Assembly: GCF_009914755.1 (NCBI RefSeq)
Contig: NC_060932.1
Strand: one strand, 5' to 3'
From: the human T2T-CHM13v2.0 reference genome, Homo sapiens
Length of the DNA stretch: 64,000 nt
The position numbers and the translations under genes are program-made. Positions within the stretch are counted from its first letter, which is position 1; every line of letters begins with the position of its first letter. Positions 10,701 through 25,700 of this stretch are shown one piece after another. The notes under the pieces were generated by a model. The model was not told the origin of the DNA. It did no database searches and worked only from the letters and a program-made list of their open reading frames with translations.

Positions 10701-13700
10701 ACCTTGGTTTGGACAGAGCACTTTTGAAACACTCTTTTTGCAGAATCTGCAGGTGGATATTTGACTAGCTTTGAGGATTTCGTTGGAAACGGTAATGTCT
10801 TCAAAGAAAATCGAGACAGAAACATTCTCAGAAACACCTTCGTGATGTTTACAATCAAGTCACAGAGTTGAACCTTCCGTTTCATAGAGCAGGTTGGAAA
10901 CACTCTTTTTGTAGTATCTCGAAGTGGACATTTGGAGCGCTTTCAGGCCTATGGTGAAAAAGGAAATATCTTCCCATAAAAACGACATAGAAGCTATCTC
11001 AGGAACTTGTTTATGATGCATCCAATCAACTAACAGTGTTGAACCTTTGTACTGACAGAGCAGTGTGAAACACTCTTTTTTTTGGAATCTGCAAGTGGAT
11101 ATTTGGATCGCTTTGAGGATTTCGTTGGAAACGGGATGCAATATAAAACGTACACAGCAGCATACTCAGAAAATACTTTGCCATATTTCCATTCAAGTCA
11201 CAGAGTGGAACATTCCCATTCATAGAGCAGGTTTGACACACCCTTTTTGTAGTATCTGGAAGTGGACATTTGGAGCGCTTTCTGAACTATGGTGAAAAAG
11301 GAAATATCTTCCAATGAAAACAAGACAGAAGCATTCTGAGAAACTTATTTGTGATGTGTGTCCTCAACTAACGGACTTGAACCTTTCGTTTCATGCAGTA
11401 CTTCTGGAACACTCTTTTTGAAGATTCTGCATGCGGATATTTGGATAGCTTTGAGGATTTCGTTGGAAACGGGCTTACATATAAAAATTAGACAGCAGCA
11501 TTCTCAGAAACTTCTCTGTGGTGTCTGCATCCAAGTCACAGAATTGAACATCCCCTCACATAGAGCAGTTGTGCAGCACTCTATTTGTAGTATCTCGAAG
11601 TGGACATTTGGAGGGCTTTGTAGCCTATCTGGAAAAAGGAAATATCTTCCCATGAATGCGAGATAGAAGTAATCTCAGAAACATGTTTATGCTGTATCTA
11701 CTCAACTAACTGTGCTGAACATTTCTATTGATAGAGCAGTTTTGAGACACTCTTCTTTTGGAATCTGCAAGTGGATATTTGGAAAGATTTGAGGATTTCG
11801 ATGGCAACGGGATTATATATAAAAAGTAGACAGCCGCATTCTCAGAAACTCCTTTGTGATGTTTGCATCCAGCTCTCAGAGTTGAACATTCCCTTTCGTA
11901 GAGTAGGTTTGAAACCCTCTTTTTATAGTGTCTGGAAGCGGGCATTTGGAGCGCTTTCAGGCCTATGCTGAAAAAGGAAATATCTACCTATAGAAACTAG
12001 ACAGAAGCATTCTGAGAATCACGTTTTTGATGTGGGTACTCAACTAACAGTGTTGATCCATTCTTTTGATACAGCAGTTTTGAACCACACTTTTTGTAGA
12101 ATCTGCAAGTGGATATTTGGATAGCTGTGAGGATTTCCTTGGAAACGGGAATGTCTTCATAGAAAATTTAGACAGAAGCATTCTCAGAACCTTGATTGTG
12201 ATGTGTGTTCTCCACTAACAGGGTTGAACCTTTCTTTTGACAGAACTGTTCTGAAACATTCTTTGTATAGAATCTGGAAGTGCATATTTGGAAAGCTTTG
12301 AGGATTTCGTTTGAAACGGGAATATCTTCAAATCAAATCTAGCCAGAAGCATTCTAAGAAACATCCTAGGGATGTTTACATTCAAGTCACAGAGTTGAAC
12401 ATTCCCTTTCACAGAGCAGGTTTGAAACAATCTTCTCGTACTATCTGGAAGTGGACATTTTGAGCTCCTTGGGGCCTATGCTGAAAAAGGAAATATCTTC
12501 CGACAAAAACTAGACAGAAGCATTCGCAGAATCACGTTTGTGATGTGTGCACTCAACTGTCGGAATTGAACCTTTGTTTGGACAGAGCACTTTTGAAACA
12601 CTCTTTTTGTAGAATCTGCAGGTGGATATTTGGCTAGCTTTGAGGATTTCGTTGGAAACGGTAATGTCTTCAAAGAAAATCTAGACAGAAACATTCTCAG
12701 AAACAACTTCGTGATGTTTGCAATCAAGTCACAGAGTTGAACCTTCCGTTTCATAGAGCAGGTTGGAAACACTCTTTTTGTAGTATCTGGAAGTGGACAT
12801 TTGGAGCGCCTTCAGGCCTATGGTGAAGAAGGAAATATCTTCCCATAAAAACGACATAGAAGCTATCTCAGGAACTTGTTTATGATGCATCCAATCAACT
12901 AACAGTGTTGAACCTTTGTACTGACAGAGCAGTGTGAAACACTCTTTTTTTTGGAATCTGCAAGTGGATATTTGGATCGCTTTGAGGATTTCGTTGGAAA
13001 CGGGATGCAATATAAAACGTACACAGCAGCATACTCAGAAAATACTTTGCCATATTTCCATTCAAGTCACAGAGTGGAACATTCCCATTCATAGAGCAGG
13101 TTTGACACACTCTTTTTGTAGTATCTGGAAGTGGACATTTGGAGCGCTTTCTGAACTATGGTGAAAAAGGAAATATCTTCCAATGAAAACAAGACAGAAG
13201 CATTCTGAGAAACTTATTTGTGATGTGTGTCCTCAACTAACGGACTTGAACCTTTCGTTTCATGCAGTACTTCTGGAACACTCTTTTTGAAGATTCTGCA
13301 TGCGGATATTTGGATAGCTTTGAGGATTTCGTTGGAAACGGGCTTACATATAAAAATTAGACAGCAGCATTCTCAGAAACTTCTCTGTGGTGTCTGCATC
13401 CAAGTCACAGAATTGAACATCCCCTCACATAGAGCAGTTGTGCAGTACTCTATTTGTAGTATCTCGAAGTGGACATTTGGAGGGCTTTGTAGCCTATCTG
13501 GAAAAAGGAAATATCTTCCCATGAATGCGAGATAGAAGTAATCTCAGAAACATGTTTATGCTGTATCTACTCAACTAACTGTGCTGAACATTTCTATTGA
13601 TAGAGCAGTTTTGAGACACTCTTCTTTTGGAATCTGCAAGTGGATATTTGGAAAGATTTGAGGATTTCGTTGGCAACGGGATTATATATAAAATGTAGAC

Positions 13701-16700
13701 AGCCGCATTCTCAGAAACTTCTTTGTGATGTTTGCATCCAGCTCTCAGAGTTGAACATTCCCTTTCGTAGAGTAGGTTTGAAAACCCCTTTTTATAGTGT
13801 CTGGAAGCGGGCATTTGGAGCGCTTTCAGGCCTATGCTGAAAAAGGAAATATCTACCTATAGAAACTAGACAGAAGCATTCTGAGAATCACGTTTGTGAT
13901 GTGGGTACTCAACTAACAGTGTTGATCCATTCTTTTGATACAGCAGTTTTGAACCACACTTTTTGTAGAATCTGCAAGTGGATATTTGGATAGCTGTGAG
14001 GATTTCCTTGGAAGCGGGAATGCCTTCATAGAAAATTTAGACAGAAGCATTCTCAGAACCTTGATTGTGATGTGTGTTCTCCACTAACAGAGTTGAACCT
14101 TTCTTTTGACAGAACTGTTCTGAAACATTCTTTTTATAGAATCTGGAAGTGGATATTTGGAAAGCTTTGAGGATTTCGTTGGAAACGGGAATATCTTCAA
14201 ATAAAATCTAGACAGAAGCATTCTAAGAAACATCTTAGGGATGTTTACATTCAAGTCACAGAGTTGAACATTCCCTTTAACAGAGCAGGTTTGAAACAAT
14301 CTTCTCGTACTATCTGGAAGTGGACATTTTGAGCTCCTTGGGGCCTATGCTGAAAAAGGAAATATCTTCCAACAAAAACTAGACAGAAACATTCGCAGAG
14401 TTACGTTTGTGATGTGTGCACTCAACTGTCAGAATTCAACCTTGGTTTGGACAGAGCACTTTTGAAACACTCTTTTTGTAGAATCTGCAGGTGGATATTT
14501 GGCTAGCTTTGAGGATTTCGTTGGAAACGGTAATGTCTTCAAGGAAAATCTAGACAGAAAGATTCTCAGAAACACCTTCGTGATGTTTGCAATCAAGTCA
14601 CAGAGTTGAACCTTCCGTTTCATAGAGCAGGTTGGAAACACTCTTTTTGTAGTATCTGGAAGTGGACATTTGGAGCGCTTTCAGGCCTATGGTGAAAACG
14701 GAAATATCTTCCCATAAAAACGACATAGAAGCTGTCTCAGGAACTTGTTTATGATGCATCCAATCAACTAACAGTGTTGAACCTTTGTACTGACAGAGCA
14801 GTGTGAAACACTCTTTTTTTTTGGAATCTGCAAGTGGATATTTGGATCGCTTTGAGGATTTCGTTGGAAACGGGATGCAATATAAAACGTACACAGCAGC
14901 ATACTCAGAAAATACGTTGCCATATTTCCATTCAAGTCACAGAGTGGAACATTCCCATTCATAGAGCAGGTTTGACACACTCTTTTTGTAGTATCTGGAA
15001 GTGGACATTTGGAGCGCTTTCTGAACTATGGTGAAAAAGGAAATATCTTCCAATGAAAACAAGACAGAAGCATTCTGAGAAACTTATTTGTGATGTGTGT
15101 CCTCAACTAACGGACTTGAACCTTTCGTTTCATGCAGTACTTCTGGAACACTCTTTTTGAAGATTCTGCATGCGGATATTTGGATAGCTTTGAGGATTTC
15201 GTTGGAAACGGGCTTACATATAAAAATTAGACAGCAGCATTCTCAGAAACTTCTCTGTGGTGTCTGCATCCAAGTCACAGAATTGAACATCCCCTCACAT
15301 AGAGCAGTTGTGCAGCACTCTATTTGTAGTATCTCGAAGTGGACATTTGGAGGGCTTTGTAGCCTATCTGGAAAAAGGAAATATCTTCCCATGAATGCGA
15401 GATAGAAGTAATCTCAGAAACATGTTTATGCTGTATCTACTCAACTAACTGTGCTGAACATTTCTATTGATAGAGCAGTTTTTAGACACTCTTCTTTTGG
15501 AATCTGCAAGTGGATATTTGGAAAGATTTGAGGATTTCGTTGGCAACGGGATTATATATAAAAAGTAGACAGCCGCATTCTCAGAAACTTCTTTGTGATG
15601 TTTGCATCCAGCTCTCAGAGTTGAACATTCCCTTTCGTAGAGTAGGTTTGAAACCCTCTTTTTATAGTGTCTGGAAGCGGGCATTTGGAGCGCTTTCAGG
15701 CCTATGCTGAAAAAGGAAATATCTACCTATAGAAACTAGACAGAAGCATTCTGAGAATCACGTTTGTGATGTGGGTACTCAACTAACAGTGTTGATCCAT
15801 TCTTTTGATACAGCAGTTTTCAACCACACTTTTTGTAGAATCTGCAAGTGGATATTTGGATAGCTGTGAGGATTTCCTTGGAAACGGGAATGCCTCCATA
15901 GAAAATTTAGACAGAAGCATTCTCAGAACCTTGATTGTGATGTGTTTTTTCCACTAACAGAGTTGAACCTTTCTTTTGACAGAACTGTTCTGAAACATTC
16001 TTTTTATAGAATCTGGAAGTGGATATTTGGAAAGCTTTGAGGATTTCATTGGAAACGGGAATATCTTCAAATCAAATCTAGCCAGAAGCATTCTAAGAAA
16101 CATCTTAGGGATGTTTACATTCAAGTCACAGATTTGAACATTCCCTTTCACAGAGCAGGTTTGAAACAATCTTCTCGTACTATCTGGAAGTGGACATTTT
16201 GTGCTCCTTGGGGCCTATGCTGAAAAAGGAAATATCTTCCGACAAAAACTAGACAGAAGCATTCGCAGAATCACGTTTGTGATGTGTGCACTCAACTGTC
16301 AGAATTGAACCTTTGTTTGGACAGAGCACTTTTGAAACACTCTTTTTGTAGAATCTGCAGGTGGATATTTGGCTAGCTTTGAGGATTTCGTTGGAAATGG
16401 TAATGTCTTCAAAGAAAATCTAGACAGAAACATTCTCAGAAACACCTTCGTGATGTTTGCAATCAAGTCACAGAGTTGAACCTTCCGTTTCATAGAGCAG
16501 GTTGGAAACACTCTTTTTGTAGTATCTGGAAGTGGACATTTGGAGCGCTTTCAGGCCTATGGTGAAGAAGGAAATATCTTCCCATAAAAACGACATAGAA
16601 GCTATCTCAGGAACTTGTTTATGATGCATCCAATCAACTAACAGTGTTGAACCTTTGTACTGACAGAGCAGTGTGAAACACTCTTTTTTTTGGAATCTGC

Positions 16701-19700
16701 AAGTGGATATTTGGATCGCTTTGAGGATTTCGTTGGAAACGGGATGCAATATAAAACGTACACAGCAGCATACTCAGAAAATACTTTGCCATATTTCCAT
16801 TCAAGTCACAGAGTGGAACATTCCCATTCAAAGAGCAGGTTTGACACACTCTTTTTGTAGTATCTGGAAGTGGACATTTGGAGCGCTTTCTGAACTATGG
16901 TGAAAAAGGAAATATCTTCCAATGAAAACAAGACAGAAGCATTCTGAGAAACTTATTTGTGATGTGTGTCCTCAACTAACGGACTTGAACCTTTCGTTTC
17001 ATGCAGTACTTCTGGAACACTCTTTTTGAAGATTCTGCATGCGGATATTTGGATAGCTTTGAGGATTTCGTTGGAAACGGGCTTACATATAAAAATTAGA
17101 CAGCAGCATTCTCAGAAACTTCTCTGTGGTGTCTGCATCCAAGTCACAGAATTGAACATCCCCTCACATAGAGCAGTTGTGCAGCACTCTATTTGTAGTA
17201 TCTCGAAGTGGACATTTGGAGGGCTTTGTAGCCTATCTGGAAAAAGGAAATATCTTCCCATGAATGCGAGATAGAAGTAATCTCAGAAACATGTTTATGC
17301 TGTATCTACTCAACTAACTGTGCTGAACATTTCTATTGATAGAGCAGTTTTGAGACACTCTTCCTTTGGAATCTGCAAGTGGATATTTGGAAAGATTTGA
17401 GGATTTCGTTGGCAACGGGATTATATATAAAAAGTAGACAGCCGCATTCTCAGAAACTTCTTTGTGATGTTTGCATCCAGCTCTCAGAGTTGAACATTCC
17501 CTTTCGTAGAGTAGGTTTGAAACCCTCTTTTTATAGTTTCTGGAAGCGGGCATTTGGAGCGCTTTCAGGCCTATGCTGAAGAAGGAAATATCTACCTCTA
17601 GAAACTAGACAGAAGCATTCTGAGAATCACGTTTGTGATGTGGGTACTCAACTAACAGTGTTGATCCAATCTTTTGATACAGCAGTTTTCAACCACACTT
17701 TTTGTAGAATCTGCAAGTGGATATTTGGATAGCTGTGAGGATTTCCTTGGAAACGGGAATGCCTTCATAGAAAATTTAGACAGAAGCATTCTCAGAACAT
17801 TGATTGTGATGTGTGTTCTCCACTAACAGAGTTGAACCTTTCTTTTGACAGAACTGTTCTGAAACATTCTTTTTATAGAATCTGGAAGTGGATATTTGGA
17901 AAGCTTTGAGGATTTCGTTGTAAACGGGAATATCTTCAAATCAAATCTAGCCAGAAGCATTCTAAGAAACATATTAGGGATGTTTACATTCAAGTCACAG
18001 AGTTGAACATTCCCTTTCACAGAGCAGGTTTGAAACAATCTTCTCGTACTATCTGGAAGTGGACATTTTGTGCTCCTTGGGGCCTATGCTGAAAAAGGAA
18101 ATATCTTCCGACAAAAACTAGACAGAAGCATTCGCAGAATCACGTTTGTGATGTGTGCACTCAACTGTCAGAATTGAACCTTTGTTTGGACAGAGCACTT
18201 TGAAACACTCTTTTTGTAGAATCTGCAGGTGGATATTTGACTAGCTTTGAGGATTTCGTTGGAAATGGTAATGTCTTCAAAGAAAATCTAGACAGAAACA
18301 TTCTCAGAAACACCTTCGTGATGTTTGCAATCAAGTCACAGAGTTGAACCTTCCGTTTCATAGAGCAGGTTGGAAACACTCTTTTTGTAGTACCTGGAAG
18401 TGGACATTTGGAGCGCTTTCTGGCCTATGGTGAAGAAGGAAATATCTTCCCATAAAAACGACATAGAAGCTATCTCAGGAACTTGTTTATGATGCATCCA
18501 ATCAACTAACAGTGTTGAACCTTTGTACTGACAGAGCAGTGTGAAACACTCTTTTTTTTGGAATCTGCAAGTGGATATTTGGATCGCTTTGAGGATTTCG
18601 TTGGAAACGGGATGCAATATAAAACGTACACAGCAGCATACTCAGAAAATACTTTGCCATATTTCCATTCAAGTCACAGAGTGGAACATTCCCATTCATA
18701 GAGCAGGTTTGACACACTCTTTTTGTAGTATCTGGAAGTGGACATTTGGAGCGCTTTCTGAACTATGGTGAAAAAGGAAATATCTTCCAATGAAAACAAG
18801 ACAGAAGCATTCTGAGAAACTTATTTGTGATGTGTGTCCTCAACTAACGGACTTGAACCTTTCGTTTCATGCAGTACTTCTGGAACACTCTTTTTGAAGA
18901 TTCTGCATGCGGATATTTGGATAGCTTTGAGGATTTCGTTGGAAACAGGCTTACATATAAAAATTAGACAGCAGCATTCTCAGAAACTTCTCTGTGGTGT
19001 CTGCATCCAAGTCACAGAATTGAACATCTCCTCACATACAGCAGTTGTGCAGCAATCTATTTGTAGTATCTCGAAGTGGACATTTGGAGGGCTTTGTAGC
19101 CTATCTGGAAAAAGGAAATATCTTCCCATGAATGCGAGATAGAAGTAATCTCAGAAACATGTTTATGCTGTATCTACTCAACTAACTGAGATGAACATTT
19201 CTATTGATAGAGCAGTTTTGAGACACTCTTCTTTTGGAATCTGCAAGTGGATATTTGGAAAGATTTGAGGATTTCGTTGGCAACGGGATTATATATAAAA
19301 AGTAGACAGCAGCATTCTCAGAAACTTCTTTGTGATGTTTGCATCCAGCTCTCAGAGTTGAACATTCCCTTTCGTAGAGTAGGTTTGAAACCCTCTTTTT
19401 ATAGTTTCTGGAAGCGGGCATTTGGAGCGCTTTCAGGCCTATGCTGAAAAAGGAAATATCTACCTCTAGAAACTAGACAGAAGCATTCTGAGAATCACGT
19501 TTGTGATGTGGGTACTCAACTAACAGTGTTGATCCATTCTTTTGATACAGCAGTTTTCAACCACACTTTTTGTAGAATCTTCAAGTGGATATTTGGATAG
19601 CTGTGAGGATTTCCTTGGAAACGGGAATGCCTTCATAGAAAATTTAGACAGAAGCATTCTCAGAACATTGATTGTGATGTGTGTTCTCCACTAACAGAGT

Positions 19701-22700
19701 TGAACCTTTCTTTTGACAGAACTGTTCTGAAACATTCTTTTTATTGAATCTGGAAGTGGATATTTGGAAAGCTTTGAGGATTTCGTTGGAAACGGGAATA
19801 TCTTCAAATCAAATCTAGCCAGAAGCATTCTAAGAAACATCTTAGGGATGTTTACATTCAAGTCACAGAGTTGAACATTCCCTTTCACAGAGCAGGTTTG
19901 AAACAATCTTCTCGTACTATCTGGAAGTGGACATTTTGTGCTCCTTGGGGCCTATGCTGAAAAAGGAAATATCTTCCGACAAAAACTAGACAGAAGCATT
20001 CGCAGAATCACGTTTGTGATGTGTGCACTCAACTGTCAGAATTGAACCTTTGTTTGGACAGAGCACTTTTGAAACACTCTTTTTGTAGAATCTGCAGGTG
20101 GATATTTGACTAGCTTTGAGGATTTCGTTGGAAATGGTAATGTCTTCAAAGAAAATCTAGACAGAAACATTCTCAGAAACACCTTCGTGATGTTTGCAAT
20201 CAAGTCACAGAGTTGAACCTTCCGTTTCATAGAGCAGGTTGGAAACACTCTTTTTGTAGTATCTGGAAGTGGACATTTGGAGCGCTTTCAGGCCTATGGT
20301 GAAGAAGGAAATATCTTCCCATAAAAACGACATAGAAGCTATCTCAGGAACTTGTTTATGATGCATCCAATCAACTAACAGTGTTGAACCTTTGTCCTGA
20401 CAGAGCAGTGTGAAACACTCTTTTTTTTGGAATCTGCAAGTGGATATTTGGATCGCTTTGAGGATTTCGTTGGAAACGGGATGCAATATAAAACGTACAC
20501 AGCAGCATACTCAGAAAATACTTTGCCATATTTCCATTCAAGTCACAGAGTGGAACATTCCCATTCATAGAGCAGGTTTGACACACTCTTTTTGTAGTAT
20601 CTGGAAGTGGACATTTGGAGCGCTTTCTGAACTATGGTGAAAAAGGAAATATCTTCCAATGAAAACAAGACAGAAGCATTCTGAGAAACTTATTTGTGAT
20701 GTGTGTCCTCAACTAACGGACTTGAACCTTTCGTTTCATGCAGTACTTCTGGAACACTCTTTTTGAAGATTCTGCATGCGGATATTTGGATAGCTTTGAG
20801 GATTTCATTGGAAACGGGCTTACATATAAAAATTAGACAGCAGCATTCTCAGAAACTTCTCTGTGGTGTCTGCATCCAAGTCACAGAATTGAACATCCCC
20901 TCACATAGAGCAGTTGTGCAGCACTCTATTTGTAGTATCTCGAAGTGGACATTTGGAGGGCTTTGTAGCCTATCTGGAAAAAGGAAATATCTTCCCATGA
21001 ATGCGAGATAGAAGTAATCTCAGAAACATGTTTATGCTGTATCTACTCAACTAACTGTGCTGAACATTTCTATTGATAGAGCAGTTTTGAGACACTCTTC
21101 TTTTGGAATCTGCAAGTGGATATTTGGATAGATTTGAGGATTTCGTTGGCAACGGGATTATATATAAAAAGTAGACAGCCGCATTCTCAGAAACTTCTTT
21201 GTGATGTTTGCATCCAGCTCTCAGAGTTGAACATTCCCTTTCATAGAGTAGGTTTGAAACCCTCTTTTTATAGTGTCTGGAAGCGGGCATTTGGAGCGCT
21301 TTCAGGCCTATGCTGAAAAAGGAAATATCTACCTATAGAAAGTAGACAGAAGCATTCTGAGAATCACGTTTGTGATGTGGGTACTCAACTAACAGTGTTG
21401 ATCCATTCTTTTGATACAGCAGTTTTGAACCACACTTTTTGTAGAATCTGCAAGTGGATATTTGGATAGCTGTGAGGATTTCCTTGGAAACGGGAATGTC
21501 TTCATAGAAAATTTAGACAGAAGCATTCTCAGAACCTTGATTGTGATGTGTGTTCTCCACTAACAGGGTTGAACCTTTCTTTTGACAGAACTGTTCTGAA
21601 ACATTCTTTGTATAGAATCTGGAAGTGGATATTTGGAAAGCTTTGAGGATTTCGTTGGAAACGAGAATATCTTCAAATCAAATCTAGCCAGAAGCATTCT
21701 AAGAAACATCTTAGGGATGTTTACATTCAAGTCACAGAGTTGAACATTCCCTTTCACAGAGCAGGTTTGAAACAATCTTCTCGTACTATCTGGAAGTGGA
21801 CATTTTGAGCTCCTTGGGGCCTATGCTGAAAAAGGAAATATCTTCCGACAAAAACTAGACAGAAGCATTCGCAGAATCACGTTTGTGATGTGTGCACTCA
21901 ACGGTCAGAATTGAACCTTTGTTTGGACAGAGCACTTTTGAAACACTCTTTTTGTAGAATCTGCAGGTGGATATTTGACTAGCTTTGAGGATTTCGTTGG
22001 AAACGGTAATGTCTTCAAAGAAAATCTAGACAGAAACATTCTCAGAAACACCTTCGTGATGTTTGCAATCAAGTCACAGAGTTGAACCTTCCGTTTCGTA
22101 GAGCAGGTTGGAAACACTCTTTTTGTAGTATCTGGAAGTGGACATTTGGAGCGCTTTCAGGCCTATGGCGAAGAAGGAAATATCTTACCATAAAAACGAC
22201 ATAGAAGCTATCTCAGGAACTTGTTTATGATGCATCCAATCAACTAACAGTGTTGAACCTTTGTACTGACAGAGCAGTGTGAAACACTGTTTTTTTGGGA
22301 ATCTGCAAGTGGATATTTGGATCGCTTTGAGGATTTCGTTGGAAACGGGATGCAATATAAAACGTACACAGCAGCATACTCAGAAAATACTTTGCCATAT
22401 TTCCATTCAAGTCACAGAGTGGAACATTCCCATTCATAGAGCAGGTTTGACACACTCTTTTTGTAGTATCTGGAAGTGGACATTTGGAGCGCTTTCTGAA
22501 CTATGGTGAAAAAGGAAATATCTTCCAATGAAAACAAGACAGAAGCATTCTGAGAAACTTATTTGTGATGTGTGTCCTCAACTAACGGACTTGAACCTTT
22601 CGTTTCATGCAGTACTTCTGGAACACTCTTTTTGAAGATTCTGCATGCGGATATTTGGATAGCTTTGAGGATTTCGTTGGAAACGGGCTTACATATAAAA

Positions 22701-25700
22701 ATTAGACAGCAGCATTCTCAGAAACTTCTCTGTGGTGTCTGCATCCAAGTCACAGAATTGAACATCCCCTCACATAGAGCAGTTGTGCAGCACCCTATTT
22801 GTAGTATCTCGAAGTGGACATTTGGAGGGCTTTGTAGCCTATCTGGAAAAAGGAAATATCTTCCCATGAATGCGAGATAGAAGTAATCTCAGAAACATGT
22901 TTATGCTGTATCTACTCAACTAACTGTGCTGAACATTTCTATTGATAGAGCAGTTTTGAGACACTCTTCTTTTGGAATCTGCAAGTGGATATTTGGATAG
23001 ATTTGAGGATTTCGTTGGCAACGGGATTATATATAAAAAGTAGACAGCCGCATTCTCAGAAACTTCTTTGTGATGTTTGCATCCAGCTCTCAGAGTTGAA
23101 CATTCCCTTTCGTAGAGTAGGTTTGAAACCCTCTTTTTATAGTGTCTGGAAGCGGGCATTTGGAGCGCTTTCAGGCCTATGCTGAAAAAGGAAATATCTA
23201 CCTATAGAAACTAGACAGAAGCATTCTGAGAATCACGTTTGTGATGTGGGTACTCAACTAACAGTGTTGATCCATTCTTTTGATACAGCAGTTTTGAACC
23301 ACACTTTTTGTAGAATCTGCAAGTGGATATTTGGATAGCTGTGAGGATTTCCTTGGAAACGGGAATGTCTTCATAGAAAATTTAGACAGAAGCATTCTCA
23401 GAACCTTGATTGTGATGTGTGTTCTCCACTAACAGGGTTGAACCTTTCTTTTGACAGAACTGTTCTGAAACATTCTTTGTATAGAATCTGGAAGTGGATA
23501 TTTGGAAAGCTTTGAGGATTTCGTTGGAAACGGGAATATCTTCAAATCAAATCTAGCCAGAAGCATTCTAAGAAACATCTTAGGGATGTTTACATTCAAG
23601 TCACAGAGTTGAACATTCCCTTTCACAGAGCAGGTTTGAAACAATCTTCTCGTAGTATCTGGAAGTGGACATTTTGAGCTCCTTGGGGCCTATGCTGAAA
23701 AAGGAAATATCTTCCGACAAAAACTAGACAGAAGCATTCGCAGAATCACGTTTGTGATGTGTGCACTCAACTGTCGGAATTGAACCTTTGTTTGGACAGA
23801 GCACTTTTGAAACACTCTTTTTGTAGAATCTGCAGGTGGATATTTGACTAGCTTTGAGGATTTCGTTGGAAACGGTAATGTCTTCAAAGAAAATCTAGAC
23901 AGAAACATTCTCAGAAACACCTTCGTGATGTTTGAAATCAAGTCACAGAGTTGAACCTTCCCTTTCATAGAGCAGGTTGGAAACACTCTTTTTGTAGTAT
24001 CTGGAAGTGGACATTTGGAGCGCTTTCAGGCCTATGGTGAAAAAGGAAATATCTTCCCATAAAAACGACATAGAAGCTATCTCAGGAACTTGTTTATGAT
24101 GCATCCAATCAACTAACAGTGTTGAACCTTTGTACTGACAGAGCAGTGTGAAACACTCTTTTTTTTGGAATCTGCAAGTGGATATTTGGATCGCTTTGAG
24201 GATTTCGTTGGAAACGGGATGCAATATAAAAGTAAACAGCAGCATACTCAGAAAATACTTTGCCATATTTCCATTCAAGTCACAGAGTGGAACATTCCCA
24301 TTCATAGAGCAGGTTTGACACACTCTTTTTGTAGTATCTGGAAGTGGACATTTGGAGCGCTTTCTGAACTATGGTGAAAAAGGAAATATCTTCCAATGAA
24401 AACAAGACAGAAGCATTCTGAGAAACTTATTTGTGATGTGTGTCCTCAACTAACGGACTTGAACCTTTCGTTTCATGCAGTACTTCTGGAACACTCTTTT
24501 TGAAGATTCTGCATGCGGATATTTGGATAGCTTTGAGGATTTCGTTGGAAACGGGCTTACATATAAAAATTAGACAGCAGCATTCTCAGAAACTTCTCTG
24601 TGGTGTCTGCATCCAAGTCACAGAATTGAACATCCCCTCACATAGAGCAGTTGTGCAGCACTCTATTTGTAGTATCTCGAAGTGGACATTTGGAGGGCTT
24701 TGTAGCCTATCTGGAAAAAGGAAATATCTTCCCATGAATGCGAGATAGAAGTAATCTCAGAAACATGTTTATGCTGTATCTACTCAACTAACTGTGCTGA
24801 ACATTTCTATTGATAGAGCAGTTTTGAGACACTCTTCTTTTGGAATCTGCAAGTGGATATTTGGATAGATTTGAGGATTTCGTTGGCAACGGGATTATAT
24901 ATAAAAAGTAGACAGCCGCATTCTCAGAAACTTCTTTGTGATGTTTGCATCCAGCTCTCAGAGTTGAACATTCCCTTTCATAGAGTAGGTTTGAAACCCT
25001 CTTTTTATAGTGTGTGGAAGCGGGCATTTGGAGCGCTTTCAGGCCTATGCTGAAAAAGGAAATATCTACCTATAGAAACTAGACAGAAGCATTCTGAGAA
25101 TCACGTTTGTGATGTGGGTACTCAACTAACAGTGTTGATCCATTCTTTTGATACAGCAGTTTTGAACCACACTTTTTGTAGAATCTGCAAGTGGATATTT
25201 GGATAGCTGTGAGGATTTCCTTGGAAACGGGAATGTCTTCATAGAAAATTTAGACAGAAGCATTCTCAGAACCTTGATTGTGATGTGTGTTCTCCACTAA
25301 CAGGGTTGAACCTTTCTTTTGACAGAACTGTTCTGAAACATTCTTTGTATAGAATCTGGAAGTGGATATTTGGAAAGCTTTGAGGATTTCGTTGGAAACG
25401 GGAATATCTTCAAATCAAATCTAGCCAGAAGCATTCTAAGAAACATCTTAGGGATGTTTACATTCAAGTCACAGAGTTGAACATTCCCTTTCACAGAGCA
25501 GGTTTGAAACAATCTTCTCGTAGTATCTGGAAGTGGACATTTTGAGCTCCTTGGGGCCTATGCTGAAAAAGGAAATATCTTCCGACAAAAACTAGACAGA
25601 AGCATTCGCAGAATCACGTTTGTGATGTGTGCACTCAACTGTCAGAATTGAACCTTTGTTTGGACAGAGCACTTTTGAAACACTCTTTTTGTAGAATCTG

